A DNA stretch of 10,819 bases. Origin: Bacteriovoracaceae bacterium. GTDB lineage: Bacteria > Bdellovibrionota > Bacteriovoracia > Bacteriovoracales > Bacteriovoracaceae. Position 1 is the stretch's first letter. The number at the start of each line of letters is the position of its first letter. Under the pieces are notes generated by a model, which worked only from the letters and a program-made list of their open reading frames with translations, was not told where the DNA came from and did no database searches. The DNA lies in NCBI GenBank assembly GCA_049599895.1, contig JBMYPC010000107.1, positions 1 through 10,819 on the forward strand, read 5' to 3'. This document shows, piece after piece, positions 1-7,842 of the stretch. Position numbers and translations under genes: made by a program.

Positions 1-1
1 C

Positions 2-505
2 GTTGAAACCCATAATGTTAAAATACCAAAAGATTGGCACTTTCTTTTTTCATTTAAAAAACTAAGCTTTAAAGGTTCAGATATCGACTCTTGTCTTTTG
101 GATTTATGGTCGGAACTTTTAGAGGATCAAAATTTTTATAAAGACTTCGCCAAATTCTTCTCTTTATCTGAAAAGGTTCAGAAGTGTTTTGAAAAAATAG
201 AGAAGTTTAAAAAAGAATTTGATTCAAAAAAACTGAAAGGATTTCTCAAAGAGATTAAAGACAAAAAATCAGTCGAAGATTTTAGTGATAAAGATGTTCA
301 AAAAATTCAACTATTGGAACAACTTTTTAAGTCAAGAGAGATTTTAAAGCGGTATTATCTTCAAGCTAACATTCAGTCACAGAATGAATTAGCATTAGAA
401 CTCAAATTGTTCTTCGATTTAAGAAGAGCGGTTAAAGTCGATGAGGGAATATATCTTGAAGTAGAGCCTAAAAGCCGTTGGTTAATGACCTATTTGTATC
501 TCTAG
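2..505 (+). CDS. Hypothetical protein, 5'-truncated by the window edge
   Basis: The frame of the 98..505 ORF is open back to position 2 (VETHNVKIPKDWHFLFSFKKLSFKGSDIDSCLLDLW...), so the TTG at 98 is probably internal. Stop TAG at 503-505. Charged, helical-looking sequence with no motif I recognise. Confidence 0.7.
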   Translation, partial: VETHNVKIPKDWHFLFSFKKLSFKGSDIDSCLLDLWSELLEDQNFYKDFAKFFSLSEKVQKCFEKIEKFKKEFDSKKLKGFLKEIKDKKSVEDFSDKDVQKIQLLEQLFKSREILKRYYLQANIQSQNELALELKLFFDLRRAVKVDEGIYLEVEPKSRWLMTYLYL

Positions 506-554
506 TTAGGAATCTGTACGGAAATTTCTTCCAAATTTCAATTTTTCTGCATGG

Positions 555-609
555 CCCACTGTTTTGTGGGATGATCTATAGTGACGGACCCCTGCCGTAG
601 GGAGGATAG
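555..609 (+). promoter_or_regulatory. GC-rich structured leader with Shine-Dalgarno site of the 612 gene
   Basis: GGAGG at 601-605, 6 nt before ATG 612. Short stems: CCCAC(555-559)/GTGGG(566-570), ACGG(584-587)/CCGT(595-598), and the alternative CCCT(590-593)/AGGG(599-602) overlapping the SD. The SD is well supported; a regulatory role for the stems is speculative. Confidence 0.35.
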
Positions 610-611
610 CT

Positions 612-1037
612 ATGGTCGATATACACACCATAATCCATGACCATCGAACGAAAAGAAAGATTAAAAAATCAGATGCAAACGAGGAGAATCGAAAGCTTGG
701 GCCAAGCACATCTGAAATTCCAGATCTTTTTTTCGATGAAATTCTCGTCAAATTCCGTCTCAGCCGAGTCGAAATCATGATGCTTATGTTTTTATACAGA
801 AGAGTTTGGTGTAGGCCCAATCTTTATAAGGTTTATGGCATTTCTCCGCTTATGTCCTTAAAGGAAATCGAAGCGACATTAAAACTAAATTTCGAAGAGA
901 TTTATAATGCCTTAAGAAAACTTGAAGGATTTGGTTTTATCTCTACGATCCGTAGCGGGCAGTACTTTGTGAGAAAGTATTTCACAAAAGATAATGACGA
1001 ATCCTTTGGACAAGATTACGACGACTTTGAAATTTAG
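612..1037 (+). CDS. Winged helix-turn-helix protein resembling the DnaD / phage replication protein O N-terminal domain
   Basis: Strong SD. Pattern IPDLFFDEIL-x4-LSRVEIMMLMFLYRRVW...MSLKEIEATLKLNFEEIYNALRKLEGFGFI-STIRSGQYFV matches a wHTH with wing, preceded by the 'IP..ll...Ls..E..ll' segment typical of DnaD/O-type N-terminal domains. Acidic C-terminal tail. Confidence 0.65.
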   Translation: MVDIHTIIHDHRTKRKIKKSDANEENRKLGPSTSEIPDLFFDEILVKFRLSRVEIMMLMFLYRRVWCRPNLYKVYGISPLMSLKEIEATLKLNFEEIYNALRKLEGFGFISTIRSGQYFVRKYFTKDNDESFGQDYDDFEI

Positions 1038-1162
1038 TAAAGCAAAAGAGTCGGAGCTTCCTTAGCTAAGATATCTAACTTTAATTTATTGAGTATTTCC
1101 TTTTTTTAGTGTTTCTCGGTGGACTGTTGTGAGATAATAAGTAGATATAGATCAATAAGTGT

Positions 1163-3091
1163 ATGGCAAAAACTGACAAAGACAAAAACGCCGATAAGGC
1201 GAAACAGTACGAAAGATTTTATTTCTACGAGGGAGATAATGTTATCTACGTCGGTGATGATGCTAATTATTTTAATACCATTAAATACAAAACTCTCAAA
1301 CAATATGAAAAACTCGGATTAGAGTTTGTTCAATTGGATGTCGCCAAATTCAAAAGTTATGAACATTGTTTTGCTGAACTCGTTCATTACAGACCTAAAA
1401 TTATTTATTTAGATTTTTGCCGCAACTACGACATTATTCAAAAAATAGGAAAGTTAGTGACCCAAGATGGAGTCACTCACGGAGTCCCAAGTGTGGCTAT
1501 TGTTGACTCACGACCACTTGCCGAAAAAGTCAATTTTTATCCTTATACCTTTGTCCATTTTAAAGGAGGCGAGCATCATGATGTTATTTACGATGCAATA
1601 GATCTTGCTTATCCGGAGAACGTCAAAAAGCCTGAGTTTGCTCAAGCTGATTTTTCCATGGACGTAAAGCTTTTTGAAAATTTAAAAGTTGGTTATTTTA
1701 CTCCTGTTGGTCTTCACGCTGAGGGAAATTTCAAAATTAATAAGGGTCAAATTGTCGAAGTGGAAACGGAGATTCCTAAAGATCGAATCCCTTCCACAAG
1801 ATGCTTTGTCCGTAACCTCGTCGCAGACAATCTTTATTATCAAAGTAAGTTTGCCTATGATCTTGAGTTTCAGTTTGTTGATGAGCCCGTCTTTAATAAT
1901 GAAGAGTTAGAAGAAGCAAAGAAAATTTCTAATAAAAAAGCCCGTATGGCGAAATTTAAGCATATTAAAATGGACCGCCATAAAAGAATTGATCGCTATC
2001 ACACCCAAATTGAAGACTCCAAAAAACAGCAAAAAGAATGGGTCGAAGAAAATATGGATGGCTCTGTTCCAAGAAAGTTTAAAATGCTTATTTCGGATCC
2101 TGAGCTTACTGTTCTGAAAGAAGAGGATGATGTCCTTTCGAATCAAGAGTATAACTACCGGTTTCAAACAAGTTTTACAGAACATTTCACGGAAGTCTTT
2201 ACTTTAAAACCTTCTATCATTTGTATCAATCTTTGGAGCGAAGACTTTGTTGAGGAGCTCATTGTAAAGAGTACCAATCCTAACGCAAAAGATGAGTTGG
2301 TCAAAATAAAGTTAACCGATGAAGAAGAAGAGATGAAAAAAGTTGTTTTTTCTGAGGTTGAAAACAAAGATTTTGATGATCTCAATACGATTATTAGAAG
2401 AATTAAAGAAACGAAAAATTATAGACCTATTCTTGTTCTTTTTAATTGTCGTGAATACAACTCAAAAGCCATGCAAAAAAAGTATGCCTATCCTTTTGTT
2501 ATGACTAATGAAGCTCGAATCAACCTTAAGCATATTGAGGGCATGGCCCATGTCTATAAACTTAAGATTGAAAATGACTACGAGGCAGAATTAAAGAAGA
2601 AAGCTGAAATGATGCAGAAGGTGAAAAAAGACACCGAAGATGCAGAAGGTCTCGATGTGAGAGAAAAGATTGTTTATATGGTAGGAGATCATCCTTATCG
2701 TAAGGCTTCGCTCTCAATCGATATTGCCATCAAAAAAATGACTGAATCGGAGATTGTTTTTAGTTGTGAATATCAACTTGAAAAAGGTCAAAAGTATAAA
2801 CTCGATTTTCCTCTTGAGATGTATCTCACTATTACTTTAAATGATGGTCAGGTCTTTCATAAAGTGGATGGGTTTTATCAATACCGAGCGCTCATTCATG
2901 GAGTGGATGAGACGGGAAAAAAATATATTCGAAAGTTCGTCAATGAAGTCATCTTCTCGCCAATGATGAAAGAAAGAGATCAAGAGCAAGAAGCCTTTAA
3001 GGCCCTTAATGATGCCGCTCAAAAGCTTAGAGCCGAGCTTGAGGAAGAAAGAAAAGAAGAAGAACAAAAGAATGATTCTGAAGTTTCATAG
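1163..3091 (+). CDS. 642-aa putative signalling protein: receiver-like and PilZ-like domains, apparently duplicated, with coiled coils
   Basis: Long uninterrupted ORF. REC-like motifs VIYVGDD (D32/D33), RPKIIYLDF (D84), PSVAIVD, FVHFK (K134). A second degenerate REC-like unit at about aa 305-467. Beta-rich PilZ-like segments at about aa 160-240 and 511-598. The CDS is secure; the domain calls are by eye. Confidence 0.55.
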   Translation: MAKTDKDKNADKAKQYERFYFYEGDNVIYVGDDANYFNTIKYKTLKQYEKLGLEFVQLDVAKFKSYEHCFAELVHYRPKIIYLDFCRNYDIIQKIGKLVTQDGVTHGVPSVAIVDSRPLAEKVNFYPYTFVHFKGGEHHDVIYDAIDLAYPENVKKPEFAQADFSMDVKLFENLKVGYFTPVGLHAEGNFKINKGQIVEVETEIPKDRIPSTRCFVRNLVADNLYYQSKFAYDLEFQFVDEPVFNNEELEEAKKISNKKARMAKFKHIKMDRHKRIDRYHTQIEDSKKQQKEWVEENMDGSVPRKFKMLISDPELTVLKEEDDVLSNQEYNYRFQTSFTEHFTEVFTLKPSIICINLWSEDFVEELIVKSTNPNAKDELVKIKLTDEEEEMKKVVFSEVENKDFDDLNTIIRRIKETKNYRPILVLFNCREYNSKAMQKKYAYPFVMTNEARINLKHIEGMAHVYKLKIENDYEAELKKKAEMMQKVKKDTEDAEGLDVREKIVYMVGDHPYRKASLSIDIAIKKMTESEIVFSCEYQLEKGQKYKLDFPLEMYLTITLNDGQVFHKVDGFYQYRALIHGVDETGKKYIRKFVNEVIFSPMMKERDQEQEAFKALNDAAQKLRAELEEERKEEEQKNDSEVS

Positions 3092-3115
3092 ATTAATACT
3101 TCATATGAGCAGTCT

Positions 3116-3790
3116 ATGAACGATCAAAAAATTAGGCCATCCGTTAAAAAAACTTTATGTCAGGGATGCCACGTTTATCCTCAATACTGTTTTTGCAAAT
3201 ACTTCACACCACTTAAAAATAAAACCAAGTTGCACTTTATTGTTCATCATAGAGAGTCTCATTTGTCTTCAAACACCGTGTGGCCTGGATACAATATGCT
3301 TGAAAACTCTCAATATCTTTTAAGGGGACTTTTTCAAAATCCTATTGATGAAAATTTATTTAAAGGCAAAGAGAAAACAACTTTTGTTCTTTATCCCACA
3401 GAAAATGCTGAAGTGGTTGATGAGGACTTTGTTAAAGAATACGCTTCTTCACCTGATCTCAATTTTGTGGTTCCTGATGGCACTTGGTCTCAGGCCAGAA
3501 GAATGGTTCGAAAAGAGCCCTGCTTAAGACACCTTAGGCATATCAAAATTAATACTAAACGAACCTCTGATTATGTTTTAAGAAAGCAGACCTTACCAGA
3601 TAAGCTTTGCACTCTTGAAGCAGTGATTGAGCTTTTACGAAGCTTTGAAGAGCCTCAGATCATTGATTCTTTAGAGGCCATATTAAAAGTTCATATTCAA
3701 ACCGGACTTTTAATGCGAGGAAAGCTCAATATGGAAGACTATAGAGAGAGCACGAAAGTACCCTTTCAAACTCTCTCGCAAAATTTTTAA
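3116..3790 (+). CDS. tapT: DTW-domain protein, probable tRNA-uridine aminocarboxypropyltransferase (TapT/YfiP family)
   Basis: N-terminal CQGC-x6-CFC, then HHRE...SNT, VLYP, signature VPDGTWSQARRM and LCTLEAV. Confidence 0.88.
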   Translation: MNDQKIRPSVKKTLCQGCHVYPQYCFCKYFTPLKNKTKLHFIVHHRESHLSSNTVWPGYNMLENSQYLLRGLFQNPIDENLFKGKEKTTFVLYPTENAEVVDEDFVKEYASSPDLNFVVPDGTWSQARRMVRKEPCLRHLRHIKINTKRTSDYVLRKQTLPDKLCTLEAVIELLRSFEEPQIIDSLEAILKVHIQTGLLMRGKLNMEDYRESTKVPFQTLSQNF

Positions 3791-5361
3791 TTTGAGGCAA
3801 TAAGCCTTGTTTTAGATCCATTGAAGGTAATGGCAACAATCACAATTTGAATAAGAAAGAAACTTCCTAAAAAGATTGCTCCTCCTTCACTAAATCCATA
3901 AGAGTGAAGACCTGTCGCTAGAATATAATTAACTCCAAACCACGCCATCATGACACTTAAAAAAGCCAGTGCGACTAGAGGGATAAATAGTCCATTAGAG
4001 ATCCAAGAAGTGTATCTTCCATGGAGGATGGCCATATAAAGACAAAGAACAATAAGGCTCCAAGTTTCCTTTGGATCCCACCCCCAGAAACGTCCCCAAG
4101 AAAAGTCTGCCCAGACCCCTCCTAATAAAAGTCCCGCTGCGAGAAGGATTGATCCATACTTAAGGCATGAGTAAATGAGTTCAATTGAATGCTTAATTTC
4201 TTCTTTTGAAATCGTAAAAAATCGGCTTTTGATAAGAACGATATTGGCGAGGACCCATGACAGGGCATAGGCCCCGTAGCTAATAATAACAGTGGTGACA
4301 TGGGTGGAAAGCCAGAAATTGTCTCTGAGAACTGGAACAAGTGGACTAATTTGTGGTGAGAGCATGCTTCCTGAGAAATTCTGCATCATTAAAGTGAGAG
4401 CGTTGTAAACCAGTCCTAATAAAGCAGGTGTTTTATCTTTTTTATAATAGCCGATAAAGAGGCCTAATAATAATGCTGCAAAACCAGAGAACATTACGGT
4501 TTCGTACATATTGGTAATGGGGGCCCGCCCTGAGATCATCACTCGAAAAATAACGTAGGTGATTTGTCCGGAGACTAAAACACCACAAAGAATTTTCCAG
4601 AACATTTTCTTTGGACTGGCCATAAGAAAGATAAGAGTAAAAAGGCAAAGAATAAGGTTGATGATTGGCAGCTTCAGTTTTGAGAACTTAAGTTCTGTTA
4701 GGTGAAGATCTCCTTCAATTTCAATATAGCGCCTCTGAGCTTGTAAGAAGAGTTCTTTAAAAGGGTCACTTGAACTTGATTTAAGTTCGATAATCTTATC
4801 TTCTGTTAGAAAACTACTCACAGGGATCCAGGAGATCAGTTTATTGCCTTTAAGGTCCACTGTGGTTTCAGGCAGAAGCCAGTTTGAACCAGAAACAACG
4901 GCTTCATAGAGATTGAGCTTTTGAATGGTTTTTTTGACGGCCTTACCAAGAGAAGTTTCATCAGAGTTTTTAACACTGGCAATACGAAGCTCTTGTTTAT
5001 AATCCTGAAGTTCTTCAAATGTTATGGTCTTTTGCTTTTCTTTAAAATCAAGAATCTTTTTGAGATCCACATGCTCAATGGGAGTCGCTAAAGAAATTGT
5101 TACGGGAATCTCCATTCCTTTAACATTGAGAAGACAGTAGTTTGTCACTGCATCGAGACCATTAAAAGTGGTTTTTCCAGTAAGAAACTTCATGACTTCT
5201 TTAGCATGAACATAAAGAGGTTTGGTTCTTCCTCTCTGCTGAATGGGGAGGGAGCCGAGATATTTACCGCAAAAAAAGTTTGGATTTTGTGCTGAATTTG
5301 CCTGTCCTTCAAATGAGAAGAAGACACTAAGGAAAATCAGGATACTCATTATAAAGTTCAT
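3787..5361 (-). CDS. ccsA: System II cytochrome c biogenesis protein CcsA/ResC with an N-terminal extracytoplasmic extension
   Basis: WWD motif WADFSWGRFWGWDPKETW; GRAPITNMYE; LVPVLRDNFWLSTHV; ILHGR; GLHSYG heme-ligand His; multiple TM segments. SD AGGAG at 5375-5371. Confidence 0.95.
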   Translation of the reverse strand: MNFIMSILIFLSVFFSFEGQANSAQNPNFFCGKYLGSLPIQQRGRTKPLYVHAKEVMKFLTGKTTFNGLDAVTNYCLLNVKGMEIPVTISLATPIEHVDLKKILDFKEKQKTITFEELQDYKQELRIASVKNSDETSLGKAVKKTIQKLNLYEAVVSGSNWLLPETTVDLKGNKLISWIPVSSFLTEDKIIELKSSSSDPFKELFLQAQRRYIEIEGDLHLTELKFSKLKLPIINLILCLFTLIFLMASPKKMFWKILCGVLVSGQITYVIFRVMISGRAPITNMYETVMFSGFAALLLGLFIGYYKKDKTPALLGLVYNALTLMMQNFSGSMLSPQISPLVPVLRDNFWLSTHVTTVIISYGAYALSWVLANIVLIKSRFFTISKEEIKHSIELIYSCLKYGSILLAAGLLLGGVWADFSWGRFWGWDPKETWSLIVLCLYMAILHGRYTSWISNGLFIPLVALAFLSVMMAWFGVNYILATGLHSYGFSEGGAIFLGSFFLIQIVIVAITFNGSKTRLIASN

Positions 5362-5379
5362 TTGATTTGACTCCTATAC

Positions 5380-7011
5380 CTATGCAGCTTTTTTCGCTGA
5401 AGAGCGCTTTTTATTGAGGTGATAATGCCACATACATCCAAGGACTAATAAAATAGAGCCCAAGTACTTCAGGGGTCTTCCCTGATCTAAGTTCACACTC
5501 AAAGTCGATATATAGTTTCCATTTTTATCCTGCGAGTAGCTTGCCTGATAAAATGTGAGACCTCTAAATTTCATAGGGTTATTCATAAAAATATGATGAC
5601 TGGTAATACCTTCATTCGTGAAGAGCTTTACGAATGACTCATAACTTGCTGGAGAGTTTGTCCCAGGGTCTTTATCCATCTTAAAGCGATCGAGAACAAG
5701 CTCAAAGGGAAGTTTGACTCGATCTTTGGTAAGGTTCACAAAAACTCTTTGGCCATCCATTTGAAGAGTGACAGGCTTAGAATCAGTGACAACATATTCC
5801 TTATCTTTAACCTTAAAGTTAATCGCCCTCGTTTTTCCTTTCGTGAGTTGACCGCCTTTGTGATAAGGCTTTGCCGCAATTGGCTTATGATGAGGATACT
5901 TTTGAGTTTCATGCTTAAGGAGACTGAGAGTAAAACCCATCCATGGAAGTGAGATTGAATCGCTTCCTTTGAGATCTTCAAGATTCCAAGCCTCTTCATC
6001 TTTATCAAAGAATGCCGCTTTATCTCCCATAAGAAGAAGTGCAGGGGCCTTTTGGAAAATCTCTGTTGAAAAAGCTCGGTACTCTGAGTCTTGGAGAGGC
6101 TCTAAGTTTTCATCCATAGGATAGGGAGAAAGGTTTGGAAAGAATGTCAAAATAAGGTCTTCTTTCTTTAAAACGTAAAATTGCTTGCCACTTTTTGTTT
6201 CTTTGAAATGAAGATGAGAAGACTTATTCTTAAAAAAGCATTCGCCAGTTTTAAAATTATAAACAAAGACTGTCGACGGCAATATGTCTTGAAAACAGGT
6301 TGAAAGTTTACTTGGAAGATAAAGAACTTGAAGTGGTCCAAGTCTTGTGTTGGATTCAAACTCTGAAGCTAGTGGGTTTCTTGAAAGAGTAAACTCTTGG
6401 TTGAAGTTATCGTTTGATAAAAAGTATTGGCTTGAATGAATGCTATCAAGGTTTTCATAACGAAGGCCCCTAAGGTCTTCAGCTGTGAACTCTTTCCATT
6501 CAACCACTTCATTGGCATAGGGAAGATATTCATAAAATTCAAACTCTTCAAACTTGATATCAAGATCAGTTTTTGAAACAACGTTAGGAAGAATTCTTGT
6601 GATTTGTCTTCCGCTATCGGGATAAGTAATAACCAGAAGATCGTCCGGGAGGATAATATTTCTTTCGGGTTCATTGGGGGCCAAAGTGATTTGACCGTCA
6701 ATTCCGGCGATATAGGTAATAAAAGCACCACAGGCAATAACAATAAGACCGGCATGAATGGTGTAGAAACCATAGAGTCTTTTCTTAGGTGGAAGTCTTC
6801 GAAAGGCGGCGAAAAGAATACTGAGACCCATGAATGCTTGAGTGAGCATAAACCACCAAGACTTATAGATTAATCGCTGAGCGTACTCAGCTCCATGATA
6901 AGATTCAATAAAAGTCCCCACGATCATCATAATCGTAAAAATAAGAATGATGATGACGGCAAACTTTAGTCCACCTATCGTCTTTTCAGCTTTATCAAAG
7001 AATCGTTTCAA
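5380..7011 (-). CDS. ccsB: System II cytochrome c biogenesis protein CcsB/ResB
   Basis: Three N-terminal TM segments (GTFIES, IYKSWWF, conserved TM His in YGFYTIHAGL), a large periplasmic domain, SPASYESFV...IFMNNPMKFRGLTFYQASY...LSVNLDQG, and a C-terminal TM. TTG start. Ends 18 bp upstream of ccsA. Confidence 0.9.
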   Translation of the reverse strand: MKRFFDKAEKTIGGLKFAVIIILIFTIMMIVGTFIESYHGAEYAQRLIYKSWWFMLTQAFMGLSILFAAFRRLPPKKRLYGFYTIHAGLIVIACGAFITYIAGIDGQITLAPNEPERNIILPDDLLVITYPDSGRQITRILPNVVSKTDLDIKFEEFEFYEYLPYANEVVEWKEFTAEDLRGLRYENLDSIHSSQYFLSNDNFNQEFTLSRNPLASEFESNTRLGPLQVLYLPSKLSTCFQDILPSTVFVYNFKTGECFFKNKSSHLHFKETKSGKQFYVLKKEDLILTFFPNLSPYPMDENLEPLQDSEYRAFSTEIFQKAPALLLMGDKAAFFDKDEEAWNLEDLKGSDSISLPWMGFTLSLLKHETQKYPHHKPIAAKPYHKGGQLTKGKTRAINFKVKDKEYVVTDSKPVTLQMDGQRVFVNLTKDRVKLPFELVLDRFKMDKDPGTNSPASYESFVKLFTNEGITSHHIFMNNPMKFRGLTFYQASYSQDKNGNYISTLSVNLDQGRPLKYLGSILLVLGCMWHYHLNKKRSSAKKAA

Positions 7012-7034
7012 CGAGCCTGCCTTGAGAAAAAGTC

Positions 7035-7048
7035 CTAAGAATTCTTAG
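7035..7048. promoter_or_regulatory. Perfect 14-bp palindrome, candidate operator upstream of ccsB
   Basis: CTAAGAATTCTTAG equals its own reverse complement. It lies 23 bp upstream of the ccsB start and just downstream of a possible minus-strand promoter, GAGACA(7082-7077)-17 bp-TATAAA(7059-7054). Confidence 0.4.
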
Positions 7049-7107
7049 CCCAATTTATAGCAAATTCGTTAAGCTCTGTCTCATTTGAAGTACTTGCATA
7101 AAAGATT

Positions 7108-7842
7108 TTAATTGAAAATCTTAGACACACACCAAACAAGCGAAAAAAGAATAGGTTGGTGCACGAGGTAGATTAGTAAAGAATGTTTGCCTAAGAAGCT
7201 TAAAGATCTTGTAAGAGAATTATCTGGGGTTTTGAGCTGATGAAAATCAACTTTTGCCAAAAAAATGCCCAGGGCCACGACTCCAATCCATGGAAACAGG
7301 GGAATATAGTCCATGCTGCGATGGGGAAGAACAAACCAGGGAATCGTTTTTTCAAAGCCGATTACGGGGATAAATAAAGCTAAGAAAAGAAAAAGGTTGA
7401 AAAATTTAAATCTCAATAATCCTAGAGCAAGAATTGAGCACAGAGAGATACAGTGAAGGGTTCCAAAATAAACCCAGCGTTTGGGGAACATATAATAGGT
7501 TGAGAGACTAATGAACACAGCTCCCAGAGTCACTTTTAGCCATCTCTTCCAAAAAGGACTCCAGCGAATTTTTTTATGATGACCTAGGTAAAGGGAGATA
7601 CCAACAGACAAAAGAAATAAAAAAACGATGACTCTTGGAAAGATCCACCAAAGAAAACTATCACTTCTTTTAAAGGTCAGATTAATAAACTTAAAGATCG
7701 CCAGGTCGTAACTAAAGTGAAAAATGATCATCAATAAAACAGCAAAACCACGCAGTTGGTCAACAATTGGGAAGCGATGTTTTGGTTTTTGATTTTCTAT
7801 GAAAACTCCATTTTTACACCTGTCTAATATTATACTGAGCAA
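7108..7842 (-). CDS. DUF1624 / heparan-alpha-glucosaminide N-acetyltransferase-like membrane protein (start uncertain: 7842, 7811 or 7800)
   Basis: Family-like motifs RFPIVDQLRGFAVLLMIIFHFSYDL, FLFLLSVGISLYL, FGTLHCI, DYIPLFPWIG, LGKHSLLIYLVHQP; polytopic hydrophobic profile. Confidence 0.85.
   Translation of the reverse strand: MLSIILDRCKNGVFIENQKPKHRFPIVDQLRGFAVLLMIIFHFSYDLAIFKFINLTFKRSDSFLWWIFPRVIVFLFLLSVGISLYLGHHKKIRWSPFWKRWLKVTLGAVFISLSTYYMFPKRWVYFGTLHCISLCSILALGLLRFKFFNLFLFLALFIPVIGFEKTIPWFVLPHRSMDYIPLFPWIGVVALGIFLAKVDFHQLKTPDNSLTRSLSFLGKHSLLIYLVHQPILFSLVWCVSKIFN

Noticed and set aside
506..820. 104-aa minus-strand ORF
   Set aside because: Antisense to the wHTH gene, which has a strong SD and a recognisable fold; no motif of its own.
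506..1162. Replication origin or prophage remnant around the DnaD/O-like gene
   Set aside because: No clustered DnaA boxes (TTATCCACA), iterons, integrase, att-like repeats or phage genes seen; flanking genes look chromosomal.
1190..1197. Perfect sigma-28 -10 element GCCGATAA (also at 4450-4457)
   Set aside because: Both copies lie within coding sequence and lack TAAA at 15-bp spacing.
1106..3067. Short ORFs 1106-1303, 1119-1322, 1689-1910, 1907-2185, 2164-2385, 2837-3067
   Set aside because: All overlap the 642-aa CDS out of frame or antisense and show no motifs; shadow ORFs.
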